From NCBI GenBank assembly GCA_001938485.1, contig MQRK01193570.1, positions 1 to 64,000 of the forward strand: DNA of 64,000 nucleotides, given 5' to 3'. The notes beneath the pieces are model-generated. The model ran no database searches. It was not told the origin of the DNA and was given only the letters and a program-made list of their open reading frames with translations. Origin of the DNA: Girardia tigrina (Eukaryota). A program made the translations under genes and the position numbers. Positions 13,001 to 28,000 of this stretch are shown piece by piece. Position 1 is the stretch's first letter. Each line of letters opens with the position of its first letter.

Positions 13001-16000
13001 CGACTTGTATATAGACAATATCTACTGTATTTGAAAATAATTTGTTTTTATAATTAAAATAATTTTTAAATTTAAAAATTTTATAAAATTAAAAATAATA
13101 CAAAATTTCGAAAATAATAAATCTGCATATTTATATTTACAATTATTTTAATTTTATTGGTTTATGCAAGAAAAATTTAAAAATTGTTCTTCAGAAAATT
13201 AATTAGGAAAACTTGTTTGAATAATGTTTATATTGTTGTTAAATAAAAGTTTCAAAAATGTCTGAACTGTCATCTGAAAATAATACCAACCCTTAATTTT
13301 TAAACTTCATTTTTAACACGCTAATATCGACTGACTTCGTATGTTTGTTAATTTCTTTACTTTTAACAAATTAAGCATATGATTTTTTCCGATTTTCCAC
13401 GGTTCGATTGAGCTGAAAGTTTGCACAATTGTGTAATTCCGATGACAACACAAATCAATTAAAAAATTTCCTATCTAATATTTAGATAGTAAATTTTTAG
13501 TATTTTTTTCGTACTATATATATTTTTTGATTCCTTACTAATTATAGTTTATTTGAGTACATCATTTTAATGAGAAATTAGAAAAAAATATTTATCCCAT
13601 AATTTAACCGTGAGAAAAACAACTTATTGCAGTTTCAGATGCTGAAAAAGTGCACTAAATAAAGATCTATTCGAATCAAAAATCAACCTCGAACTATTCA
13701 GTCGAAAATTTTGAGCGGAAACGAATAGTTCGGGATTAAACAGTTTCCAACAGTTGGACTACACTGCAATACTTATCCTTAACCCATCACTTTATTTTGC
13801 TACCCCAACCACCTTGATCAGGCAATTCGTCCGAGTTTTGGACCCGAAAACTAAACTGTGAATCGATCAAATTTTTTTAAAATCTCGATCGATTCAATGT
13901 AAAACTTCAGAAATAGGCACAGTTCCTAATATAATCTACCAACCAGATAAAATTTTACATATTCTAGTAATTTAGAGGTGTTTTGATGAGTTTGTTTCTC
14001 ACAAAATTTTGTCCAAATGATAGAAAATTGTAATCAGTGGGAGGGGTTAGATGAGTATGGTGAGTGAGCTAAAGTTTCTGAGACAAATTCGTCCAAGTTT
14101 GGCAGGGTCATTTGTGATAAGGTAAGATGTTGCCATGCAGAAGAATAGGGTCTTTTCTGTTGGAGAATGGTGGACATCGATGTTACAAATTTTTATAATT
14201 TTTCATCAATTTTAATTCTCTGATGTTATAAACTACTTTCTTGGATACCTTCAGTAACAATCAGCTACCTTCCGAACTTGCTGACAAAGTAACTTCATTT
14301 CACTCCTATGTACTGAAGCAAAGAAAGCTGCATGACTTTGAACTTTCATAGATTGGGAAAATGGATAAAACCCCGCTGTGTTTTGATTTTCTTGGTAGGA
14401 GAATAGTTGAGTCTAAGGGAAGCAGAACTGTCTAAATCAGAACAACTGGATATGAAAAGACACAGTTCGTCACAGTCCTGACCTGCATGACACGGAACTA
14501 AGCTCAAGCCCATATTGATTTTTAAAAGCAAGACAGTTCCAAAGGAGAAATTTCCAGCTGGCATGGTGATGCATGTGCATCCTAAAGGATGGATTAATGA
14601 CGAAGGAATCGTGCTGTGGCTCAATCAAGTTTGAAATAACAGGCCTGGAGCTCTCTTGAAGAAGAAATCCCTTTAGTGTGGGATCAGTTAAGAGTACACA
14701 TGACTGACAAAGTGAAGGGAAAATGTGCTTCTCTTAAAACCACCCAAGCAATGATTCCTGGTGGCTTGACATCTGTCCTGAACAATTCATTCAAGGACAA
14801 AATGAGGCAAAATTGGATGGCTTGGATGGCCTCTGATAAGCAAGAACAATCCAAGAGTGGGAACTTCAAGAGGCCTAACTTGTCTCTAGTTTCTACTTGG
14901 GCCAAAGAAGCGTTGGATGATATTCCGTCTCAGATGGTTGTCAAAAGTTTCCTGAAGACTGGAATCTCAAACAGATTGGATGGCACAAAAGATGATCAGC
15001 TCTGAAAAGAAGGCGCAGAAGAAAAAACTGAAGATGAAGAACAAGCTGAATCCAACTGGTATACAGATGAAAGACTGATTCCGGAAGTTTCATAAACTTT
15101 TTGGTGACAGAGATCATGATGACTTTGATGGATTCTGATTGAAATAAGAATATGTAATTTTAAGGCTAACCACATAGATAAATAGAATAGAAAATTGGTA
15201 ATTAATTATTAATTGGTAAAGTTATTAATAAAATTTGAAGAGTAATTACCATCTCTGTTTGCTTCTCTTACGTCGTTTGATGAGGGCATCCATGACGTTG
15301 AATTATTTGTATTCGATGCTAATCTGGACAGGAATTGGCTTAGCACGCTCACGGGAACTTTGCTAAAATTCTTCCTCAATCTCTTCCAGTTCATCTAAAT
15401 GATAACAAGATGATAAAAATTGGGTTGAAAATGAGAATAGTAACAAACATAACTTAATATTTTATAATACTTTTATAGTGATAGAAAAGCTATTAAAAAG
15501 AAACGAAGCACAAATAACATTTTAAGATTTATCAATTTCTCTTTAATTTAAATTGTAAAGACCTGCTACTTATTTTCCGTCAACTCGATTCTGCGTTATG
15601 ATTCAACCTTGTTGTATGTAATCTGTTCGGTCTCACCTACAACATTCACCATTTTGCAGCAACACTCAGACTGCAACTCGATGGATTGTGAACCGGATGC
15701 TCCTTTTCATAGTCGCACATTCAAGAGCAAAGTGCTCGCTTACACCGCAACTGTAGCATTTTGGACCCGCCGCACATGGTAATGAGTTAAATCATTCATC
15801 GTCCGTACGGCAGCCGCAATCATTCAAAAATGTACACGTTCCGCTTGAACATGTACCCAAGCCAGTCGTACTAATAATCTAAATCTTTTCACAGTCCCTC
15901 AGCCGTCACATTTGTCATAACCACATCTGGCAACCCGATAATAAAGGTTTGAACCACGAAAGCCTTGCCGCCGTCTTCGTTACGGCAAATAACGACTGCC

Positions 16001-19000
16001 GACCACTTCAAATTGAACATGAAGTCTCGCACGGCACAAGCTAACCAGTAGCGAAGTTCAAACATGAAAGCCTCATTGGGCGCTCTTCTCGAAATTCTTC
16101 CATGTCGACTCGTCAAACCCTCTAAAAGTGATCGATGCATTTCTCATAATGCAACTGACAGCATCAGCTGCATATCTTCGTGGAGCGAGTACACGCTTTC
16201 CTGATATCACTCAATCAAACTCCCGAAATCTCATAGACCGCCGTACGCTGATACAATCTTCAGGGTCTTCATTGTATATTTTACGCGGTGATAGCTTTTA
16301 GCGAAAAAAGAACGATGGGAAATATTTTATTATTTGTAATGACAACAATGTGTTTTCAGAATGAAGCTCACAAGTGGTCAGTATAAAAATTCTGACAATT
16401 TCATGTTCTTATATTATCTTATGATGCTAAACAACACTAAAGATTTTTTAAACACAACTCCAAAAAAGTTTTAAATTATGATACAGATTAATATTCATTA
16501 ATTGCATCATTCGATCAAAACGATGTCAAACAACTCACATGATACTTAACAATAATAACTTCATATTCTATAAATAAAATATGTTTCGTATCAATTTGAA
16601 ATAAACTTTTAGTTTATGAGTAAGATTTAATTTCAATAATAAATTTTTATAATGTTTATCTGAAAAACATTCCCAGATGAAATTAACAATTTGAGTACAT
16701 ATATTACAATAAATTATATCATGGGTCATTCTTCCTTTTCTAGTTATGTAGGATCATCCGGAATTAACCAAACAATGTGATATACTTAAATCACTCATTG
16801 AATGCGACATACGTCACACAAAAAAATTTTAATACTCTCAACTCTATATGGTCAACCATCAGAGAACACCAACAGATAATTGTGAAAAGAAGAGTAGTTA
16901 CACTAATGATTTTTTTATTTTCGAACAATTAAAAAAATATAAATAAATACTTTGTAATGTTTTATTAATCTAATAAATGTTATCCATTCTTGAAGCGGAT
17001 TGATAGGACTATCACTTGTGAGGTCACTATACAAGCAATTAAGTCAAGAATGAATAAAATATAAAATGTTATAAGTTTGATGAGAATGTATTTTAATAAT
17101 CCAAAGAAGAAGACATACTCCAATAAATAAGAGCCTAATTACGTTCAGCATAATGGCCATTAACCTAATGGTATGAAAATTCCCCACGAACGTTCCAAAT
17201 GAAGATTTAACAACCACATTATGAAAAATCTTTTGCATACTAAATTATCTTTTATAACTCTTATTTTTATGGCTCAATAGTAATAAAGTAGATGAATAAA
17301 AAAAGTTCATCGATATAAATAACAATAATAATAAGTTTGTATTTATATTATCAATGATTGTGCCTTGAGGTTGCAAAACCATTTCTATATAATAAGATGG
17401 TGTTTTACCATTGTATTATATAATTATTAATCTATTTCCTGTGATAACCAATAATTTAAAAAATCAAAATTTTTAAATGTTTAAATTATATTTGACCATA
17501 CCTCTTTAAGTAAAGACACTCTTGTAGAGATTAACTTGGAGAAGTCCTTAAGAAATCCATCTTTCTCATAAATATTCATAATGTCTTCTTTTATTAACCA
17601 ATTCTCAAATTTTTCAACTTGTGAGGAAATTTGAACACCTTTTTGCCAGTTAAATGTTTTCATATCTGAAAACAAAAATTAATTATAAATTATTAAATAT
17701 TATATAAGTATATATAATTACAAATTATGGAAACAAACGTTCTACGGGCATACAGTTAATGTAGATAATGCATTTGAAGATATGAGGTACTTAAAACTCG
17801 ACGAAAAAAATCTTAAATTTAAAAAAAAACTTTAAGTGGTTAACTAAAATCGTCAAAAAGGAGGCTTATGTATTTATATTCATTATTCTTCATTTTCATT
17901 TAATTTATTACTTTCTGATTTTGATATAAAATCAAAGATTTTATTAATTAACCAAACTTTAACCCCTTAACGCATAGTGGATAATATATGATCCAAAATA
18001 ATTTTTCATAATTTTATTACCCTAACTGCTTAGCTTACTACATATGGACCAAACTGTTTTTGGATATTCTTCTACATGAAAAAATCATTTTTTTAAAATT
18101 AATAAATAAGTATCTCTTCATTTCTCTTTTCCTATATTAAATATTTTTTATTAAAATAAAAAAGTTATACAGTAATGGGTTAATATCTTAATAAATACAA
18201 TTTAACATATCAAAGTAATAAAGTAATTAATGTCGTTAAATTATAATTATTTGAAAGTCAACAAGTTGAGCAATGTTTACAGAACATTTACTGGTCAAAT
18301 GTTGCTAGATATTTAATTTTGACAAGAACTTTTGAAATGTGGAAATGAAGAAATCAAGCCTGTTTCATTTACATTTTTTGAACTAGAGAAGATTTCGGAA
18401 TTTATTTTTTATTCCCACAATCAGCAAAGAAAAAGAAATCCAACACAAAGATTAAGATACAACCTCAAACAATTGATAAAGATCAAAATGCATTAGGTAC
18501 ATATAAAAATTGTAAATCTTAAGATCTAATATTCAAATTTAAATATTTAATCAAACAATATTTTTACAGCAATGTCAATGAATTGTACAAACCATTTTTG
18601 TATAGCATCAATACATGATTATTTCTTTACGGCTCTTTTCCGGCAGTTGTTTATTACACATTTTATCTTACCATAATTATTTTATTCTTAATCTATATTA
18701 TAAAAAAATTTCTTATGTAGTTTTTTTTTATTAAACATTTTAAAATTGAAATTTCTTATTAGGAAAAATATTCAGATAATTACACAGTTCTTTAACTTTT
18801 AATTATAAAATTTAAAAGTGGATTTGATCTTAAAATACAAAAAAAATAAATAATATTTTCGACTGTTAAAAACTAAAAAAAGAATTCTAGGAATGTTTTA
18901 ATTTGTGTTCGTTTCTAATTTGAATTTTTATTACTAATTTCCCAATGAAATTTTTGTTCTCATTTACTTTATGGAACACTCAGAAATTATTGTTTGAAAT

Positions 19001-22000
19001 TGTTTATACGTACTAAAATTTTATTACAAAATTAAAAAGAAACGGAAAACCGTACGACTAATTCATAAAATAAAATATTTACTTTTCTTTGTTGTAAAAT
19101 AGAGCGAAACAATTTGTAGAGCAAATTAATACAAATTTATTCTATATGCTGTGTTTTGTGACATCCATGATATCATAAAACTGGATTTCGACGACAAAAC
19201 AGTTCAATTTAATATAACCAACTGTCTCACTCATTGCTGAAAACCAATCACTGCGTAGAAAACCAAGAAGCTCTTACATGGAGAAGTAGCGTATGGTTGT
19301 TAGTTGTTTGCTGTGATACTTAAATATAGCGACTTGAGTACATATAGCTTCCCTAAGTTACTTAACCAAGTTACTTAACTTCGATGTTGTGCAATTCGAG
19401 TTATTCTTAATTAATGTTTTGATCACAGTGTTCATGATCAATAAGGCAACAATAACCATCTATAAACTTTGCGAAACATTTTCATATAGTTCTACCAGTT
19501 AAAGCATATCCACCGCATAAAACATAAATTTTTGCTGTTGAAGAAGTATCTTTGATTTTAAGGTAATAAAAAAGCATCAAATTATAAAATCCACGTTATA
19601 ATCTTTCAGTGCTACAAAAAATGCAAAATTGATATCTAGTAAGTAATTTTAAACTTTCTTTAGAGATAGTTTAAGTATATGATCTTATCGGAAATGTAAG
19701 CAGATTATATCTGTTCATAAAAATCAAATTACGGTTTTATTCATAATTCAGAACGTAATTACATTTACCATAGAAAAAATAATGATACAGAAATCTTAAT
19801 ATATTTATTAATTCAATAAAAGGCGTTTATTATTTAATGTCATCTATTGAATCCGATTCATTATCATAATCATGTGCTGACAGACAATAGCACTTGTGAA
19901 CCGATCAGGTTTATTATTTTTATTTTGTTACTTATGTATGATTGTGAGAATATCCATGACGGACGACACATTTAGAGGACAAAATGTGAAATTATTAAAT
20001 GTCAGAAGTAATTAGACAACTAGGTCCCATGGGACCTAATTACAATACTGAAGGGCTTTTGTCGTAAAACAAATTCGATGTTTATCATCTGTAACAAAAA
20101 AATGAAAATTCGAATGACCACATTTTCAAGTTATATGTAAAGTTTTATTCCATTATTTTAACACTATTCAACATAGTTATGCTGAACGCCCACTTGTGTA
20201 TTGTTGTGACGTTTCTAATTTTATAAATGTATTGGCACAATATTTCTCGTAAAAAAAGTAACATAAAACACTATTTCTTCTGAGTAAACGAAAATTCAAA
20301 AAAATAGCTTCATAAAGTAAAACTGTTTACAGTATAGGTATAAATTTCATTTTTTGTCTTACAAGATTAGTAGAATGGTTTATAATTCCTTTAGAGTTCC
20401 ACCAAACGAACAGCAAAACAATCCTGGCTGTTAGTCCTGATTTTGTCACTGAGAGTGTTCATCGCAATTCGAACGCGAACATCTTCGTACAATATCGTAT
20501 GTAACTTATTTTCACTTCAAGTCTCCATCGATTTGAGAAATTTGTCGATTTCGTTCCGTTTAGCTTCGGAGATGGAAATACGATCCAGCTTATTTTTTTC
20601 TTCAAAATGTGACATTCAAGTATAAAGCTACTTTTCGAATCCCACTTTAAGAAGATAATTTAAAATACTTTAAGCTCCAGGGTGATGCTACAGTTGGTAA
20701 GATACTGGTCTGCTTAGACCATTTTAATGTTTTTCTTGATGAATCTATTTATAAAAGGTAATATAATTTGAGAACTAATATTTAGTTCTCTTTCATAAAT
20801 ACAAAAAGTATATGAGAAAGTACAGATGTAAGAGTACACAACACTGTTTAGAAAAACATTTTAACTTAAAAACATCGCATTAACAATGGTAGATGGTTTG
20901 AACACTTATGAGTGTCGTAAATACTAAATAGTTCATATTTTTTTCTATGCCAGGTATTAACTTAAGAATTTCACTCAGTCATTTCTCTTTTGAATTATGT
21001 TAATTTAATTATATCCAGATTACGAAAAAATAATTGTAGTTTTAAGGAATATTATATTTTCCTTGAAATTTTGAAAAAAAATATATCAGATGAAATTTTT
21101 GAAATATTATATTCTCCTTTCAAATAAGCTTTATTAATCCAAAGAAAAACAATTTGAATATAAACCTTCTTTTCACCAACGATAGACATGTTTGTTTATT
21201 CCGATTGCGTAACATTCTGGAGTTTTAGAGACAATTAATTCAATTAAAGGCATTTTAAGTTGGATCATGATATTTTAAGATCGTTTCTAGCAAAATATTG
21301 TTCAAATGATTAAAAATGGTGATTAGATGGTGACAATTCGGGCGACTATGGTTGGTAAGGTAGACTTTCTTAGACCAATTTGTTCAATTTTTGCAGCGTC
21401 ATTTATGAGACATGTATCCGGGCCTTTTCGTGCAAAAGAATATGGTCTTTTCTGTTGAACAAAAGTGGAGACTGAGATCACAATTTTTGATAAATTTCAT
21501 CAATTAGGTGATATTACTTCTCTGTGGTTATGGTTTTGACCATATTTAAGAAGGTTAAGTAAGTCAATCATGCTGTAGACCCACCAAGCAGTGAACATGA
21601 AAGTTTGATGATGCAATTCTTGTTTTTGGATTTGCTTTGATGTTTCATCTTGATTCAAACCTTGATTCAAATTTTTCTAGCGACAACTCTTATTATTTTT
21701 ACATTTTGAGAGTTTAGTATTGAATTAGGTGTATACTTTTAAATGGTTTCTGGTCAAGAAATTAAGAAGTCAAAAAAACTTTACAATTGGGAGACACACA
21801 AATTCAACAAAAATAAAACATTAACCCTTTCATTGTGACATTTGATGAAAAATGGATTCTGTACGACAACCGAAAACGTCGAGCAAAACAATCCCTCAAA
21901 TTATTTTTTTTATTGTTTCTTTAATATTTTAAAGGATTTTTATATAATAGGTAGGAAAAATTATTTTTATAAATAATTAAATCGAAACCCGTGTTTAAAA

Positions 22001-25000
22001 GGATATACAACAACATAATTAAAAAAAAATATTATTTGAAAAATCAATAATTAAAAATGTAAATCATCAAAACCGCCATTATTTTTTAAAACCCAATTAA
22101 TTTAAAAAATACCGAAAATTAATAAAATGAATAAATTTTGAATGTAGAAAAGTTTTTCAGGAAAAGATAGATAAAACTAGGTTTACCTGAGAGAGTTTGC
22201 ATCACAGTTGGTTCTGTGATACTAATAACAATTTTTGGTGTAAACACGCTTTTATAAACTTCACTCATTCTGTCACAATCGATTTTGGAAATCACTTTGT
22301 ATGTTTCATTTAGAAAATTCAAAAATTTGTCTATTGTGTAAATATCATCATCTGTTTCATCGTTGTTCATCAGCAAAGGGTTTTCTTCCCAGAAACAGAC
22401 ACAATGATTTTGAGCAGACTGAAAAATAATAAAAATATATTCTTCTATTTCATAGCATCGCATCAATTGTATTAAAAATTTATTTAAATCATAAAATATT
22501 TTTTTGATAAAATACAATAAAATGTGGAAAATAATTGCCCATTTTTTAATAAAATTTAATCATTAAAAGAAAATAGTCAATTTGTTATGTAGTAAATTCT
22601 ATAACTCTCCATCCCCCTCATAATTGATCATGACAAAATTTCTGACCCCTCTTCTCTATATAATGTAATGTGTTAAACGAACGATCCTAATTCTGAAATA
22701 TTGAAAACTTTGGTAACTTCATGACGCTAAAGATGAGCGAACGTACAGCTGTGGTAAAACGCTTATGACATTTATCGATTATTTGATATTAAGAGTTCCT
22801 TTTTAACCTAAAACAAATGTCAATTCAATTTGTCACATCTATTGTGATAATTATATGAATCTGGCATTACACAAAACAGTGCTTAATAATAATTATTAAA
22901 GTGCAACTCGTTTAAATAAGTGTATAATATTTGTCGAAGGTATAATTCGAATTACACATATTGCTGGATATAAATCAATTCAAATTTATTTTGTAATAAT
23001 ATAAAGTAAAATATAAAAATATATTCGATATGTATTTGATCTTTTATTTTAAAAATTTGTGAGACTGTACTAGTAAGGATCTGTATCTCGCTTATTGTTG
23101 CGAAATAAAACCAACCAAAATATAACTAAAACTAAATCTACTGTTTGAACAATATTTGATTTATTGATTCTTTACATCTTCTAAGTATTTATGCTCTCAT
23201 TCATTTCTTATATTAACTTAATACAAAATTAATGTTATGATTAAACTATAAAAATTATAAGAGTATAAACTATAAAAATTATAAATGCTGATATGATTAT
23301 TTTGGGAGCCTTAAAATATATATTTTCTTTACAAATTTATGTGCGACAAATGATGAAGCCATTAATCAGTTTAAATGATGTTAGAAATGTTATGGAAAAA
23401 ATGAAAAGATGCTGTTGAATCTTGATATTTTGTTAAAATGTAATAAAAAAGACTGATGCTAACTTTCATTAGAGATTTCTGAGATTGTCAGAAAAAATAA
23501 ATTTTCAGTTCTATACAAAGATCTTTAACAGAAAAAAATTGAATGAAAACCTAAGAGATAGAATTACATGATGAAAGAATGTCTTCCAATAAGTAAAAAT
23601 TGCTTGATTTAGATTCAGTTTATTGAAATTATTTGATACATTAGAAATTAAAATATTCTTGATAATACACTCTTATTCATTTCTATATAGAAAATATTCG
23701 TTTTTATATAGAAATTATTAATGATTTATATATAAAACGAATATTTTAAACATAAAAACTAAAAATTTATATATAAAAACTAGTTTTATCTATAAATTAT
23801 CATTTTTCATAGAGAAATTGACTTTTTTTACAAAACAGGTAACTGTAAACTTATGTATAAAAAACATTAATTTTATACTTAACACTAACGCTTTTTTAAA
23901 AGTTATAAAAGTATGTTTTAGGAAAACTTTGCGAGTTTCGTTTAAAGAGAATAATCTATAAATTTGAATTTATTTTTTGTAAAACTTTTTATACTATAAA
24001 TGATTTGAGTAACTAAATATTTCAATTTTATCAAATACCTCCAATAATTAAATTATTCAATTATTAATAGTAGCATCTGAAATTAGAATAATTTTTCTTT
24101 TAAAGTATAATTCTGTACATAAAGACTAAATTTTTTTGAATATATTAACATGTAGTATTAGAAATTTAGATAAAAAAAATTTTATTTTATATATTGTTTA
24201 TTTTGATATTTTTTGGTTTCCAAGTTTTTAATATTAAAGATAATATTCTAAAATTTTTTTTAATATTAATTAGAATAATTAAAAAATAAATTTAGCTAAA
24301 ATATAGTATTTTATTAAAAATTAATAATTTCTATATAAAAACGAATATTTTCTATATATAACCGAATAAGAGTGTAATAATGATAAAAGAAATGATAATA
24401 ATAACAATAATCATTATTTTTTAGTAAACAAAGAAAAAATATCACTACAATAATCATTTATTAGATTAAATACATGTAGAATTAATAATATATTAATAAT
24501 GATTGTGAGAAGTATTTGTGACATCAATTTCCGAAATCATTTTAACTCAATTTATGCATTTATCAATAACAATTTTCAAACAAAATTTCCAATTATTTTC
24601 TAAATTTGTTATCAATCCGCCGATCTCTATTTTCCAAAAAAATTTAAATTATTTTAAATTGCAATCAAAATAATATTTAATTTTTAAATTTAAAATTTTT
24701 AAAACAAATTTATGAAAATTATTAATTTACGTATATTTAGTTTTTAATGGAAATATTAATTTTTTTAAATTTGCTGTTTATTTTAACCTTTTATAATGTT
24801 TGTAAAATTTTGTCTTTCAAAGGAAATTTTATATGTTGTTTTTTTTAATTTTGCATTTTTTTATAAAATGTGAGATAAATTAATAATTGTAAATATTAAA
24901 TGTAAACTAACTTAATAATTATTTTATATGGTTCAAAACATTCAAATAATTAACTATCCAATGTAAATAAATATGATTTATTAAAATGCTAATTGTTTAA

Positions 25001-28000
25001 ATAATTGGATTATCACGTGTATATTTTGAATAATTAAATATATTTTTAGAATATAATTTTGCGTTATTATTTGTGCTAATATAAAAAAAACATTTTATAA
25101 TTTTTTTTAGTATTTTCGTATTTTTTTGAAAATACGTTATTTAATATTCAATTTTTTTATGTTTAAAATATTTAATTTTTTAATCATATCCTTAATTGAT
25201 TTTAAAATTGGAAAAATAAATTTTACAATTTTTAATAAAATTATTATAAAATATACTGTTTTATCTTTTATCTGTTTTAATCCACTCATTTTTCTAGTAA
25301 AATAATATTTTCAATCAAATAAATTAATAAAGAATATTTTCAAATTCAAATTTAAAATATATAATTATCATGCTACTTAATTTTTAAAATTTTCAATTTG
25401 ATTTAAATCAAAATAATTTTTAAAGCCATTTAAATTTTGATCAGCGATTTAAATTACCTCATCGTAATGATGATAATAATAAATCAGCACCAGAGAGCAG
25501 AAATGATTGATGGAAATAATAAAAACATGAATTTCATCCTTTGCCGTTGAGTAGTATAAATTATCGTATTATCATGCAGATAAGACGCGACCTATCTGAG
25601 AAAAAAAATGAAATTTATAAAGAAACAAAAGTAGTTGCGACTTATACGACCCATATCATAAAATTCTTCTTGGTTGACACTTTATCAAAAAAAATAATAA
25701 TAATAAATTAACACAAAGAAAATTTTGGATTAGAAACCATTAACACTTCTTTGTTCTTTCTCCATTCTCGGATAAGCTTCTCATCAATCTTAAAGAAACG
25801 ACTAGCTGCCTTTTTACAAAAAAGGCATACTTCTCAATAACTATATATAGTTATATCGTGCATAAAAGCCGCAGTTTATCTGTCAAAAAAGTCCATTTCT
25901 TTAAAAAAAATCATGTGCGACTTATGCGTGCTTGCTACTCATCTGCGCGTTAATACGGCATTAAATTATTTAGTGAAACGAAAATTAATAGATTAGGATT
26001 AGTGAATATATGAAATGTCTTGGAAACTATTAAGACGACCAAAAGTTCATATAACTGCTTATTAACATGTTTCTAAAACTATCGATGGCTTTTTGAAAAT
26101 TCTGGCATCAGATGAGGTCTAAAAAGAAATAAATGGATTTATTCAGAAGAAATAGACTTTTCGGTTATGAAAAATTTGTAAATATTTTCTTTGCATTTTT
26201 AGAAAAGTTCTACTAAAAACCCCTTTTGAGTTTCATGAACGAAAACATAAATTTCATAATTGAACCTGGTTTTAATAATGAACTCTTCTTCCTTGATGTT
26301 CTGGTTAAAAGAGTATATGGTAATTATTAGACGTATATCTACAGAAAATTGATGGACACATGATTACATTAACAAATCTTTTTATTTGGAATAATTAAAT
26401 TATCATCCAACAATTAAGATGTAATTATATTCAGAGGTTTAGTCAGTCTCTATATAATAATTTAATATCACAACTAAGACCGTTCATTTTCGATTCTTAT
26501 CATTTAAACACAATTTATTTTCGATATTTTTGATATTTAATACGATTTTTCATTATTTTTCTCTTAATATCATTTGAATTGATTAAATTGAATATGTGCC
26601 GATTTTGTGACACAGATTTTCATTATAAATATTGAATCAAACAAAATTAAATTTGATGAATAATTGAGCAATTATTGACACACAAAACCAAATGAAACAA
26701 ATGATTATTGCTATCTTTATTAAATAAATAAATATATTGTGTCAGTTACAAATAATTAATACCTCGCATATGTAACTGCTCAAATGCTCAAAACTTTCTC
26801 GTGTGAATGATTCAAGAAAATCGAGCCAATTTTGGTTTTCTTCGGTCGCTTCAAAATAGTTTTCATTTCGGTAAACCAACCACATTTGAAATGTAAATGC
26901 AATTAACTTTAGGTTGCCCAGTAAGTAGCAGTCGTTATCTAAGGCCATCTAAATTATAAGTATACAATTATCTAAGTTAGAAACAACATTTATAAAAATA
27001 TTTATAGATCACCAGAATTGTGAATAAATTATTTCATTTAATAAAATTTCGTCAAAAATTTGTTTTAGACGATTTACTGAAATCAAAGGTAGACATAGTC
27101 CATAGATACTAAAAATATTGTTTACTTAAATAAAATAAATAAATAATAATGCAAATAGAAAGATTCATCTTATTGATGACAATGTAGCGTTGCTCGAAAA
27201 GCAAACTTTATGTTCTTTATGGTATGAAATTTAATTCTAAAGCATGAGGAAAGTTGTTCATAAAGTCAAAATTGCTTCCAAAAATCGTCTTCTTGTGATG
27301 TTTTTAATAAAAAATAAACCAAAACACAAGAAATTTTTAGCTCGGTACTTGAAAAACAAATACTTGGTATAACAAACAAGAAGATATAATTTAAACAGAC
27401 GAAAAAAAACCTATGAAAATATATTGTATATATACATGGTTTTAATATAAAAATAATTGATGAAAAATTTCTTTCGAATCAATGAATTTCAGTTCAAACC
27501 AACACTCATATGTAAATACGTATTAAATCTGAATCTTTATATTCATAAAAAATAAGCCATAAAAAATCCAGATATGTTCAAAAACTTCATTTTGCAAAAA
27601 GTACAGTCAAATAACATCATGTTTAATAGTACTTATAAGTAATATTGGATCATCTACACGGTAAAATGCTAAAATACTGTGTAGTTTCTCTGAATAATTT
27701 ATTGTAAACCTGCTATGAAGCCCCTATTAATATAAGAATTAATTACATTCGATTCTGATGATCCGAATAAGGCGATTTATATATAAATTAAAAATTAGTT
27801 CATGCGTTTTCTGATATCATTTCGATTAAATGTCTAATAATAATTATTGACCAAACTGATAGATTTTTCTTATCAGAAAAATATCTATGACATATGACAT
27901 CATTCTAAAAACACGGGTACTTGAAAAACAAATACTTGGTATAACAAACAAGAAGACATAATTTAACCAGACGAAATAAGTTATATTTTAAATTTAACTC

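Noticed and set aside
25458-25595. Candidate RADIL exon with a good acceptor and donor
   Set aside because: Stops in all three frames; its ends belong to a MITE and a solo-LTR-like insert; neighbouring exons already join in phase.
27750-27790. CTGATGA hammerhead-like start
   Set aside because: Second box reads GATT instead of GAAA and stem I is unconvincing.
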